This document shows positions 27,331-37,004 of a stretch of 64,000 nucleotides of DNA, in pieces. Positions within the stretch are counted from its first letter, which is position 1; the number at the start of each line of letters is the position of its first letter. The notes under the pieces were generated by a model, which was given only the letters and a program-made list of their open reading frames with translations, was not told the DNA's origin and did no database searches. Source of the DNA: Dehalococcoidia bacterium. Its GTDB lineage: Bacteria > Chloroflexota > Dehalococcoidia > Lucifugimonadales > UBA2985. The stretch is from assembly GCA_965221925.1 (NCBI GenBank), contig OZ244924.1, positions 169,609 to 233,608 of the forward strand. The letters run 5' to 3'. The position numbers and the translations under genes were made by a program.

Positions 27331-28429
27331 ATGCAAGAGCTTAAAGGCCGCTCGCAAGACCTTGGCGCACGCATATCTCAAATGATGGTGCGACTTTGAC
27401 GTCCCCGGCAAAGAAGCGGAGATAGCCCGGCTGGAGGCTGAGGCAGGGAATCCACACTTCTGGGACCATCCACAGGCCGCGCAGGCGGCTATGATGCGGC
27501 TGGCCGACCTGAAGGACGTGGTGGATGCCTGGAGGAACCTGGAAAGCCGCGCCTCCTCTGCCTACGATCTTCTAACCCTTGCCCTGGACGAGGGAGATAC
27601 GACTCTTGAGGAGTCGCTGCGCTCTGAGTTGGAGGCGATAGCCGCGGAGATCAGGGACAGGGAGTTTCAGCTAACCCTCTCTGGCGAGTACGACGCCCGC
27701 AATGCCATTCTGGCCGTACACGCCGGCGCCGGCGGCACGGAGTCCCAGGACTGGGCCCACATGCTCCTGCGGATGTTCCTGCGATGGTCGGAGCGCCGGC
27801 GCTACAAGAGCGAGATCCTGGACATGTCGCCGGGAGACGAGGCGGGGATCAAGAGCGCCGTCATCAGCATAGAGGGCAAGCACGCCTACGGGTATCTCAA
27901 GGCCGAGGGCGGCGCTCACCGGCTGGTTCGCCTGTCGCCCTTCGACTCCGCTCACATGAGGCACACCTCCTTTGCCCTGGTGGAGGTCCTGCCGGAGGCG
28001 GAGGAGAGGGTGGACGTTATCATCGATCCCGATGACCTGCGCATCGACGTCTTCCGGGCCGGCGGACACGGAGGGCAGTCGGTGCAGAAGAACTCCACCG
28101 CCGTGCGAATAACCCACCAGCCAACAGGCATTGTAGTGAGCTGCCAGAACGAGCGCTCCCAGTTCCAGAACAAGGAGTACGCCATGAAGGTGCTGCGCGC
28201 CCGGTTGATGGAGGTGGAGCTGAAACGCCGGGCGGAAGAGCAGGCCAGGATAAAGGGCGAGCACGTCTCGGCGGAGTGGGGGAGCCAGATAAGGAGCTAC
28301 GTCCTCCACCCGTACAGGATGGTTAAGGACCACCGCACCGGCTACGAGACATCGGACACTGGCGCAGTCCTGGACGGCGACCTGGATCCGCTTATCCAGG
28401 CGTACCTTGTGCACACCGTCGGTAGGTAG
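27331..28429 (+). CDS. prfB: peptide chain release factor 2 (requires programmed +1 frameshift at 27394-27400)
   Basis: Frame 0 reads MQELKGRSQDLGARISQMMVRL, then UGA at 27397. The +1 frame from 27398 (DVPGKEAEIARLEAEAGNPHFW...) runs into the 312-aa ORF carrying the SPF (RLSPFDS) and GGQ (GGHGGQSVQK) motifs. Confidence 0.95.
27385..27400 (+). promoter_or_regulatory. RF2 autoregulatory +1 frameshift site (CUU UGA C)
   Basis: In AUGGUG CGA CUU UGA C, the slippery CUU-U lies before an in-frame UGA followed by C. A weak SD-like GGUG sits 3 nt upstream, the same spacing as the E. coli site. Confidence 0.9.
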
Positions 28430-28462
28430 GGGGTAGGCGTGTATCTTGAGCCGTTCTCCCAT

Positions 28463-29336
28463 CCGCTCATGTGGTTCGACAAGCTCACCACGAGCGGGAA
28501 AGGGAACTTGGCTTACCACGAGAGGGCCCAACCCCCCCGCTCATCCTGAGCACGGTCGAAGGGCGTGAGCGGGAAAGGGAACTTGGCTTGCCACGAGAGG
28601 GCCCAACCCCCCCGCTCATCCTGAGCACGGTCGAAGGGCGTGAGCGGGAAAGGGAACTTGGCTTACCACAAGCGGGCCCAAACCCCCCGCTCATCCTGAG
28701 CATGTCGAAGGGCGTGAGCGGGAAAGGGAACTTGGCTTACCACGAGCGGGCCCCAACCCCCCCGCTCATCCTGAGCACGGTCGAAGGGCGTGAACGGGAA
28801 AGGGAACTTGGCTTACCACAAGCGGGCCCCAACCACCCGCTCATCCTGAGCACGGTCGAAGGGCGTGAGCGGGAAAGGGAACTTGGCTCACCACGAACGG
28901 GAAAGGGAACTCAACTCACCACGAGCGGGCCCCAACCACCCGCTCATCCTGAGCACGGTCGAAGGGCGTGAGCGGGAAAGGGAACTTGGCTTACCACGAG
29001 CGGGCCCAAACCCCCCGCTCATCCTGAGCACGGTCGAAGGGCGTGAACGGGAAAGGGAACTTGGCTTACCACAAGCGGGCCCAAACCCCCCGCTCATCCT
29101 GAGCACGGTCGAAGGGCGTGAACGGGAAAGGGAACTTGGCTTACCACGAGCGGGCCCAAACCACCCGCTCATCCTGAGCACGGTCGAAGGGCGTGAGCGG
29201 AACGGGTGGGCCTCCCCCGCTCATGTGGTTCGACAAGCTCACCACGAACGGGAAAGGGAACTCGGCTTACCACGAGCGGGCCCCAACCACCCGCTCATCC
29301 TGAGCATGTCGAAGGGCGTGAGCGGAACGGGTGGGG
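28463..29336. repeat. 75-bp tandem array of the GC-rich repeat family (locus C)
   Basis: The anchor ccgctcatcctgagca recurs at 28537, 28612, 28687, 28762, 28837, 28940, 29015, 29090, 29165 and 29291. The period is mostly exactly 75 bp. Each unit holds the inverted repeat ccgctca...tgagcgg. Confidence 0.9.
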
Positions 29337-29404
29337 CCACACCGCGCCCAAGCCCGCATCCCCATCACACCGCCCTCCTACGCCTGCTCTGGCTGCCTGC
29401 TTGT

Positions 29405-29704
29405 CTATCCCCGGTCCCGGCGGTCTCTCTCCGCCAGCGCCTCCCGGAGCTCCGCCACCTCTTGCCTCAGGCTCCGCTGCCTCTGGGACAGGTAGTGCAG
29501 GTAGACAAAGAAGCCCGCCCACGTTACGGCGTAAGCGGCAAAGAGGTAGGGAAGGTAGTTGGCCCCGGGGGCAGTGTCCGTTGACGTAGTATCGGCCTGT
29601 TCCGTGACGCTCTGCTGAGCCAGCGCGTAATCGCCATTGGTGAAGAGGACTATGGCCGACAGCACAAGCAGCGCGGTCAGCGTTCTAAGGGCAGTCTCTT
29701 TCAT
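29405..29704 (-). CDS. CcmD-like heme exporter small subunit (with N-terminal signal/TM extension)
   Basis: I prefer the ATG at 29704, preceded by AGGAGG, over the 29764 ORF start. The C-terminal TM helix plus basic/coiled tail (LPYLFAAYAVTWAGFFVYLHYLSQRQRSLRQEVAELREAL) is CcmD-like. It lies directly downstream of ccmC. Confidence 0.55.
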   Translation of the reverse strand: MKETALRTLTALLVLSAIVLFTNGDYALAQQSVTEQADTTSTDTAPGANYLPYLFAAYAVTWAGFFVYLHYLSQRQRSLRQEVAELREALAERDRRDRG

Positions 29705-29729
29705 GTCGCCTCCTGTCGGAGAAGGGTTG

Positions 29730-30452
29730 CTATATTGGCCCGGCCATGCCGCGAGCCGCCTCAAAGTCTTCTTCGCTCTGTCGCAGGGACAGCCTGGCCA
29801 TCAACAAGTATGCGAATAGAAGGGTAAAAGTTATGGTGGAGGCCATCAAAACCATGCGCATGGAGGGATCGAGGCCACCCGTAGCTCCCGTGCCGACCAC
29901 GTTGGGGTGGATGGTGCGCCACCAGACCACGGACAGGTAGATGATGGGGATGTCTATGAAGCCCACTATCCCCAGAACGGCGGCGAAGCGCGCGCCCTGC
30001 CCTCCCCTGGGCGAATAGGCCCTCAGCATGAGGTAGGCAACGTAGATCAGCCACAGAATCAGGGACGTGGTGAGCTTGGGGTCCCACGTCCACCAGACTC
30101 CCCAGACCGGCTTGGCCCACAGGACGCCGGTAACGAGCATAAGGGTTGTGAACACCATCCCTATCTCCGCCGCCGAGTACGCCAGCCGGTCCCATCCCTG
30201 GCTCCGCTTCCAAAGGTATCCCACGCTGCCCACCAGCACCCAGAAAAAGGCAAAGAAGCCCACCCAGGCCATGGAGACGTGGAAGTAGAAGATGCGTTGA
30301 GAGATCCCCAGGTTCCTGTCCGTGGGCGCCCAGATAAAGATGAGGTAGAGCGACAGAAGCATGGCTCCTCCACTCAGGAGGAACAGGACTGTTTGGGCGT
30401 GGTTGCTGCGATTTGTCAACGTTTTACTCCTCGATGACGTGTTCAAAGGCAA
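29730..30452 (-). CDS. ccmC: heme exporter protein C
   Basis: A 240-aa polytopic ORF with the Trp-rich WWD motif WAKPVWGVWWTWDPKLTTS. Confidence 0.9.
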   Translation of the reverse strand: MPLNTSSRSKTLTNRSNHAQTVLFLLSGGAMLLSLYLIFIWAPTDRNLGISQRIFYFHVSMAWVGFFAFFWVLVGSVGYLWKRSQGWDRLAYSAAEIGMVFTTLMLVTGVLWAKPVWGVWWTWDPKLTTSLILWLIYVAYLMLRAYSPRGGQGARFAAVLGIVGFIDIPIIYLSVVWWRTIHPNVVGTGATGGLDPSMRMVLMASTITFTLLFAYLLMARLSLRQSEEDFEAARGMAGPI

Positions 30453-31098
30453 AGGAGCAGAACACCAAAGCCAGAACGTCGAATACGGCTATCAGTTGCA
30501 GCCACTTTGCGATGTCGCCCCAGGGCCGGCCATCCAGCGCGTAGCCGGAGGCCACCACCGCGCCGATGACTATCGGCGTTACGATGGGAAGGAACAGCAC
30601 GGGCAGCATGATCTCCCTTGACCGGGTGTTGACGGCAATGGCCGAGAACAGGGAGCCCACTGCCACAAAGCCCAGGGTTGCCAGCAGGATGACCAGCAGC
30701 AGCATGGGCTGAAAGGGAGAGACGTTGAACAGCACGGCAAAGACCGGGAGCAGGATCGCCTCCGCTGCCAGCATAAAGGCAAGGCTCCCCAGCATCTTCC
30801 CCACGTACAGAGCGTCCCTGCCTGCGGGAGCCAGCATCAGGCCCTCCAGGCTGCCCCGGTCCTTCTCCAGGGCAAAGGCGCGGGTTAGTCCCAGGACTCC
30901 GGCAAAGGTGAAGGACACCCACAGGATACCGGGAGCTATAACGCGGGTCAGCTCTGGCGATGTACTCAGGGCAAAGTTGAGTATGACCAGGGATAGGATG
31001 GCAAAGGACAGGAGGGCGGTAATCACATCCTTGGAGCGAAGCTCCGTCAGGACGTCCTTCCACACCATCGTCATAACGGTTGTCCAGTAACCGGTCAC
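30424..31098 (-). CDS. ccmB: heme exporter protein B
   Basis: A 224-aa six-TM ORF between ccmA and ccmC. It overlaps both neighbours and has a CcmB-like profile. Confidence 0.8.
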   Translation of the reverse strand: MTGYWTTVMTMVWKDVLTELRSKDVITALLSFAILSLVILNFALSTSPELTRVIAPGILWVSFTFAGVLGLTRAFALEKDRGSLEGLMLAPAGRDALYVGKMLGSLAFMLAAEAILLPVFAVLFNVSPFQPMLLLVILLATLGFVAVGSLFSAIAVNTRSREIMLPVLFLPIVTPIVIGAVVASGYALDGRPWGDIAKWLQLIAVFDVLALVFCSFAFEHVIEE

Positions 31099-31844
31099 CG
31101 GGTTACCTGCGTAAACCGGCCGTAAGCGCCCCTGAGCGAGCTCTCGTCGATAAGGGCGCGCTCCTCCTGGTACGCTATCCTGCCGCCGGTGAGAATGGCA
31201 ACGCGGTTCCCCAGGTCCAGGCCAAGCTCCAGGCTGTGGGTTGCCATGAGGACTGTGCGGCGTCCTTGCTCCCCGGCCGTAGCCACGTCCCTCAACATGC
31301 TCAGCGCCTCCTGGTCAAGGCCGGTTTCAGGCTCGTCCAGCAGCAGTATGGGCGGGTCGTGGAGTATGGCCCTGGCCAGGGAGGCGCGCTTCTGCATCCC
31401 GTGGGACAGGACGCTCACCCTGCGCTCCAGGTGAGGGACAAGGCCCACCAGTCCGGCCGCCTTCTCGATTCGCTCCTCCAGGCGCGCTAGCCCGAACATT
31501 CTCCCGTGGAACCGCAGGTTCTCGCGGGCTGTCAGGTCTCCGTAGAGCATGGGCTGGTGTGTCACCACTCCAATGTTTCTCCTGATGGCCGTTGGGTTCT
31601 TCCTCCGGTCAAAGCCGGCGACCCTGACGTCGCCCCGGTCGGGGCGGGATATGGTTGCCAGGACCTTGATGAGGGTGGTCTTCCCGGAGCCGTTGGGACC
31701 CAGGATGACGAGGAAATCGCCCCAGGGCAGGCTCAGGTCCAGGCCACTCAGCGCCACCTGAGGCCCGTATGTCTTGCTCAGCCCCTTAACGTGTATGGCA
31801 AGGGACCCGTTGCCGTCCGCCTCTACCATACTTATCCCCGGCAA
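31095..31844 (-). CDS. ccmA: heme ABC exporter ATP-binding protein
   Basis: Walker A GPNGSGKTT, signature LSHGMQKR and Walker B ILLLDEP are present. It is the first gene of the ccm cluster. Confidence 0.85.
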   Translation of the reverse strand: MPGISMVEADGNGSLAIHVKGLSKTYGPQVALSGLDLSLPWGDFLVILGPNGSGKTTLIKVLATISRPDRGDVRVAGFDRRKNPTAIRRNIGVVTHQPMLYGDLTARENLRFHGRMFGLARLEERIEKAAGLVGLVPHLERRVSVLSHGMQKRASLARAILHDPPILLLDEPETGLDQEALSMLRDVATAGEQGRRTVLMATHSLELGLDLGNRVAILTGGRIAYQEERALIDESSLRGAYGRFTQVTR

Positions 31845-31952
31845 TCCAGCTTTCCCGGCCCGCGCGGCAGCCTCTTCTTAGGTTCTCAATAATACATCAC
31901 TTGTGAATTTCCGCGCAAGCGCGGGGCGCGCCGAGGCCCCTGCACGGAAGAG

Positions 31953-32270
31953 CCGCTCGTGGTGAGCGTGTCGAACCACACGAACGGACATGACGGGTGG
32001 ACGGCCCGCTCATATGGTTCGACAGGCTCACCACGAGCGGACATGACGAGTGGACGGCCCGCCCATATGGTTCGACAGGCTCACCACGAACGGACATGAC
32101 GGGTGGACGGCCCGCCCATATGGTTCGACAGGCTCACCACGAACGGACATGACGAGTGGACGGCCCGCCCATATGGTTCGACAGGCTCACCACGAGCGGG
32201 CGGGGGAATCTTCCACTCACCCCGTCCTTGGTACGGGGCAGGCTCTGAGCGTGTCGAAGGGCATGAGCGG
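31953..32270. repeat. GC-rich repeat cluster with 53-bp tandem units (locus D)
   Basis: catatggttcgacaggctcaccacga(a/g)cggacatgacg(a/g)gtggacggcccgcc starts at 32011, 32064, 32117 and 32170. Hairpin and gtcgaagggc(a/g)tgagcgg modules flank these units. Confidence 0.85.
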
Positions 32271-32344
32271 GCTTTGCCTGGACCGCCCGCGTGGACGGCT
32301 ACGGCAACTTGGCGCTAGAATCAGGGGGCGCCGGAGGTTAGCTA

Positions 32345-35300
32345 TTGCCTGAACAAATAGACTACAACGACCCCAAACACGCCGAGGCCGCCGCCGAAAT
32401 CCTGCGACGGCACGACAGAGGCGAGCTCGAGGCCAACATCACCACCGCGGTGAGGGACTTCCTCATCGTCACGGGGCTGGTCAAGGCCGATGAGATGGTG
32501 GAGGAGACCCCGCCGACCCAGGGATCGCGCCAGGCCGTCGACCTCACGGCGTTGGATACCTTTGTGGAGTTCAAGCGCAGGCTTGGGACCACCGGAGGCT
32601 TCAACCCCAACCCGGAGTACGTCCGGCAGATAGACGACTACCTGGAGCAGTCTTACAAGCAGGGCAGGGTGCGCATGGGCGTCCTGACGGACGGCAAGTA
32701 CTGGCTGCTGCGCTGGCCCAACGCCGGCCCGGCCAGGACTGCCCAGCCGTACGCCTTCACGCTGGATGACTCGGACCGTTGGCTCGCCCTCTACGAGTGG
32801 CTCCGGGACCGCGCGCTCTCCGCGGTCGAGCAGGTAACGCCGGACAGGGAGAGCATTGCGCAGCGCTTTGGGCCGGACAGCCCCGCCTACCAGCGCGATA
32901 TAGCGACCCTGAAAGCTCTCTACGAACAGTACGCCGATTTCAACACCATCAAGGTCAAGAGGCAGCTTTGGCAGAACCTGCTCATGGCCGCCCTTGGAGA
33001 GATTGCTCACGGCCCGGAGGAGATGGACGACCTCTTCGTGCGCCATACGTACCTGAGCGCCGTCATCGGCATGGTGGTGCAGGCGTCCTTTGGCAGCGAC
33101 ATCTACCGGCTGGCGGAGACTAACCCCGCGGACCTGCTCAACGGGCTCGACTTCCGCAGCAAGACCGGCCTTCAGGGTGTGGTGGAGTCGGACTTCTTTG
33201 CCTGGCCCGTGGAAGTGGGCGGTCTGCCCCTGCTCAGGACACTGGCCCATCGCGTCGCCAGGTTCGACTGGCAGAAGGCCCCCACAGACGTTGCCTCCAT
33301 CCTGTACGAGACCGTCATTCCGCCGGAGGAACGCCGCCGGCTGGGCGAGTACTACACTCCGGACTGGTTGGCTCGGGCCATAGTGCGGGAAGTGGTCAAC
33401 GATCCGCTGGACCAGTACGTTCTGGACCCGGCCTGCGGCTCAGGAACTTTCGTCGCCGAGGCCGTCACCCACTTCATCGAAGCTGCAAGCGAGACATCCC
33501 TCAATGCCAAAGAGGTGTTGGAGTGGCTGCGCTTCTCCATTTCGGGCATCGACGTTCACCCTGTGGCGGTGCACCTCGCCCGCGCCGCCTGGGCGCTGGC
33601 CGCTCAGCCCGCGATCCAGGCAGCGGTCGCGCACGGCTACGCCGCCAACATAACCATTCCCATATACCTGGGCGACGCCCTGCAGCTCCGCTTCCGCACC
33701 GGGGATATGTTCGCCCAGCACAGCGTCACGATTGAGGTGGAGGACGAGCAGAACACGGAGCTTGTGTTTCCCGTGAGGCTGGTGGAGCGCGCCGAGACCT
33801 TTGACGCGCTTATGGGCGACGTGGCCGAAGCCATTGAGAGGGGCGAAGACCCGTACCTGGCCCTTGACGACCACGGCATCACTGACCCCGCGGAGCGGCA
33901 GACCCTGGAGAAAACCATCGCGTCCCTCCAGATGCTGCACAACGAGGGCCGCAACCACATCTGGGCCTACTACACCCGCAACCTGGTGCGGCCCGTGGCC
34001 CTCGCCCGCAGCAAGGTGGACGTGGTCATAGGCAATCCGCCCGTGGCTCAACTACAACCAGACCATTGGCACACTGCGAACGGAGTTGGAGAACCAGAGC
34101 AGGAACGTCTATGGCATCTGGGCCGGCGGCATCTATGCCACACACCAGGACGTTGCCGGCCTGTTCTACGCACGGAGCGTTGATCTGTACCTGAAGGACG
34201 GCGGCCTTATTGGCATGGTAATGCCTCACAGCGCACTCCAGGCGGGCCAGTACTCGAAATGGCGCGCCGGCGAGTGGAAGGCCCAGGGCTCCGGAAGGGG
34301 AAGGAACAGCGTTCCGGGCCGTACCCTCTCAGTTGACTTCAGCTGCAAGACGGCCTGGGACCTGGAACGGCTGGAGCCAAATACCTTCTTCCCGATTCCG
34401 GCGTCTGTGGTGTTTGCCAGGCGATTGGGAGCAGCCCAGAAAGGGATTCCCCTGGCCCGCGAGGTGGACCGCTGGCTTGGCAATACGGGCGCGGCGGACG
34501 TGCGGCGGGTGAGCGCAGGCATAACGGATACCTCCGTTGGCGGCGAATCCCCCTACGCAGCTCATTCCCGAAACGGAGCTACTATCTTCCCGCGATGCCT
34601 GTTCTTCGTGGAGGACACCGAGAACACCGCCACTGTCCAGGCTGGGCAGACTGTGACGGTGAACCCGCGGCGCGGCTCGCAGGATAAGAAGCCATGGCGC
34701 AGCCTTGACCTCACTGCCATCTCCGACCAAACCATCGAGACCGGCCACGTCTACGACGTCCACCTGGGGGAGTCCCTGGCGCCCTACGTTACCCTCAATG
34801 CACTCAAGGCAGCACTGCCGTTGAGACAGGGAGATGCGGAGTTGCCAACCGACGACGGCGGAGTGGGCGGCATTCGTTTGAGTGGACTGGAGAGGCGGAT
34901 GCGCGACCGTTGGCAGACGATAAGCCGCCTGTGGGAGGAGAACAAGGCGGCGGCTAATAAGCTGAACTTGATAGGCCAGTTTGACTATTGGGGCCATCTG
35001 TCGGCGCAGTTGGAGTGGCGGCGGAACCCGGGTGACCGGCCAATACGGGTGGTGTACACCAAATCTGGCGCTCCAACCGCAGCCTTGCTCCAGGACGACA
35101 ATGCCGTACTCGACCACAAGCTGTTCTGGATTACATGCAAGGACGTACAGGAGGCCAACTACCTGCTTGCCATCATCAACAGCGATGCTCTGTATAAGGC
35201 AGTGACACCGTTGATGCCCAAAGGTCAATTCGGGGCACGAGACTTGCAGAAGCACCTGTGGAAGCTGCCCATCCCCGCGTTCGACCGTAGCAATGAGCTT

Positions 35301-35489
35301 CACGTTGCCATATCCAAGGCCGGCAAGGCGGCTGCATCAGGCGCAGCGCGGCAGCTGGCCCAACTGCGGGCCGATCGTGGGTACGGCGTCAGCGTGACCA
35401 TCGCCCGGCGGGAGCTCCGCAAGTGGCTGCGGGCGTCGCCGGAGGGCGCGGCAGTGGAGGCCAACGTCAAGAAGCTCCTGGGCGCGTAG
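32345..35489 (+). pseudogene. Type IIG-like restriction-modification enzyme (N-terminal PD-ExK nuclease + gamma-class N6-adenine methyltransferase + C-terminal specificity region), disrupted by a 1-nt frameshift in the NPPW motif
   Basis: Frame A (32345..34042) carries a nuclease-like VDLTALDTFVEFKRR and the AdoMet motif VLDPACGSGTFV, and ends ...VVIGNPP. Skipping one base at 34043 gives W-LNYNQTIGTLRTELENQSRNVYGIW..., which continues as the 34086..35489 ORF. Frame B is closed by a TAG at 34029-34031. Confidence 0.8.
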
Positions 35490-35518
35490 CGTGGATAGGC
35501 GTTGTAGTCAGCCACTTA

Positions 35519-35944
35519 CCCGCTCATATGGTTCGACAGGCTCACCACGAGCGGGCAAGGGGGTTGGCTTGAGCAAGGCAAGTATGTTCCGTTCGCCCCC
35601 GTATCAAGTACGGGGCAGGCTCTGAGCATGTCGAAGGGCGTGAGCGGGTGGGCCTCCCCAGCATCCCGCTCATATGGTTCGACAGGCTCACCACGAACGG
35701 GCGGAATCTTCCGCTCACCACGAGCGGGTGGAATTTTCCGCTCGCCACGAGCGGGGGAATCTTCCGCTCATCCCCGTATCAAGTACGGGGCAGGCTCTGA
35801 GCGCGTAGGGGCGTGATATGGTTCGACAGGCTCACCACGAGCGGGGGGAATTTTAGGCTCACCTCGAGCGGGGGAATTTTCCGCTCATCCCCGTATCGGG
35901 GGGAATCTTCCGTTCATCCTGAGCATGTCGAAGGGCGTGAGCGG
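35519..35944. repeat. GC-rich modular repeat cluster (locus E)
   Basis: It holds several copies of catatggttcgacaggctcaccacgagcgg and ggaat(c/t)ttccgctca(c/t)c. The hairpin ccccgtatcaagtacggggcaggctctgagc and the terminal ctgagcatgtcgaagggcgtgagcgg module are also present. Confidence 0.85.
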
Positions 35945-35949
35945 AATGA

Positions 35950-36187
35950 GGCGTGGGGAGTATGTGCGACAACAAGCGCACACCAACGGAATGGAGAGCC
36001 TATGGGCAATGCTCAAGCGTGGCATTGACGGAACCTATCCCCACGTTAGCGCCAAGCGCCTAGAGATGTACGTTGGGGAGTTCGCGGGAAGGCACACATG
36101 CGACCACTGGATACAACCGACCAGATGACCAATATGGCGAAAGGTTCGGTTGGGAAGCGGCTCCAGTACAAGAGCCTTATTTCTTAG
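35950..36187 (+). mobile_element. IS1595-family transposase gene remnant (C-terminal ~75 codons, 5'-truncated and frameshifted)
   Basis: GEYVRQQAHTNGMESLWAMLKRGIDGTYPHVSAKRLEMYVGEFAGRH matches the conserved IS1595 C-terminal block. After an apparent 1-nt loss near 36093, the next frame reads RPLDTTDQMTNMAKGSVGKRLQYKSLIS*, which is the usual family C-terminus. Confidence 0.65.
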
Positions 36188-36539
36188 GTGATGCCTCGGA
36201 AGGTTGTTGAGCTGGAGGACTATTGTTGGCTTCACCCTGTGCCAGTTCCTCTTTAGCTTTAGCGTAGCCTTCCGCGAAACCTTCCGCCTTTCCCTTCTCA
36301 AATCGTCCCTGTTTGAAGATTTCAGCAAGCATTGGACCTCCTTCCACTACGAGTAACGAATTGAACAATGCGATGAATATGAATGGTTCAAAGCCACGTC
36401 CAGTCGCTACTATGGTGTCAATCCAAGTATCCGTGTCAACAAGGCGCGCCTCGCGCCATAACACAACCCCTAGGAAGACAACACACTGCAGGCTGACGAC
36501 AACCATGTGCCAGCCAGTATGCAAACTAGAGAATTGCAC
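36177..36539 (-). CDS. hypothetical membrane protein
   Basis: A 120-aa A/T-richer ORF with two hydrophobic helices and a charged K/E/A-rich tail. No motif is recognised. Confidence 0.3.
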   Translation of the reverse strand: MQFSSLHTGWHMVVVSLQCVVFLGVVLWREARLVDTDTWIDTIVATGRGFEPFIFIALFNSLLVVEGGPMLAEIFKQGRFEKGKAEGFAEGYAKAKEELAQGEANNSPPAQQPSEASPKK

Positions 36540-37004
36540 CTACCTAGAAATGCCTTGCCGTTCCCCCTCTTGCTCCAGCGCCGCGGCAATCTCCTTGTAG
36601 GGAACCTGAAACGCCACTCCCGCAATCTCTTCTGAGGAAGCGTCTATCTTGGATGGCATAGGACGGGCCGGGCGCTCGCGTGGATGCTTGACTGCCATGA
36701 TGCTCCTTCCCTTTCCTATGTGATAGGGTGATATATACATTATATAGCTCCCCAAAACCCTTGGCAACCTTTCCTGCAACCTTGACAACGCCTAACATCT
36801 GTGGATTTGGCAGCGCTTTGACAAGCTTGCACCCATCAACCCCTATCGCTACCTCAGTGTTCACAGGTATGTAATTCCCTATTAAAGGACGTTGAGTCGG
36901 TTATCATACATACGTATTTCTTCAATCCCTGAAGACTGGGGAGCGACGACAGTCTATGATATAGTCTATTTATCCTCAGAATCACCCTGCGGCGGACGTT
37001 AGCC

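Noticed and set aside
28463-29336. Possible CRISPR array
   Set aside because: The repeats are contiguous 75-bp units with no unique spacers, and no cas genes are in the window.
28471-29584. Long ORFs on both strands through the repeat array (166 aa, 239 aa, 127 aa on plus; 72, 97 and 75 aa on minus) with 25-aa peptide repeats
   Set aside because: They exist only because the 75-bp unit is a multiple of three and lacks stops. The same DNA modules occur in both orientations at other intergenic loci. No start or RBS context or protein-like composition is present.
34086-35489. Treating the 467-aa ORF as an independent gene
   Set aside because: Its listed start is a TTG with no RBS. The same frame is open back to 34032 and begins exactly with the W of NPPW, so it is the 3' part of the frameshifted fusion gene.
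36540-36864. 82-aa and 106-aa minus-strand ORFs in the A/T-rich stretch upstream of hyuB
   Set aside because: These are mutually overlapping alternative frames with no RBS or motif, in a region that looks like decayed mobile DNA.
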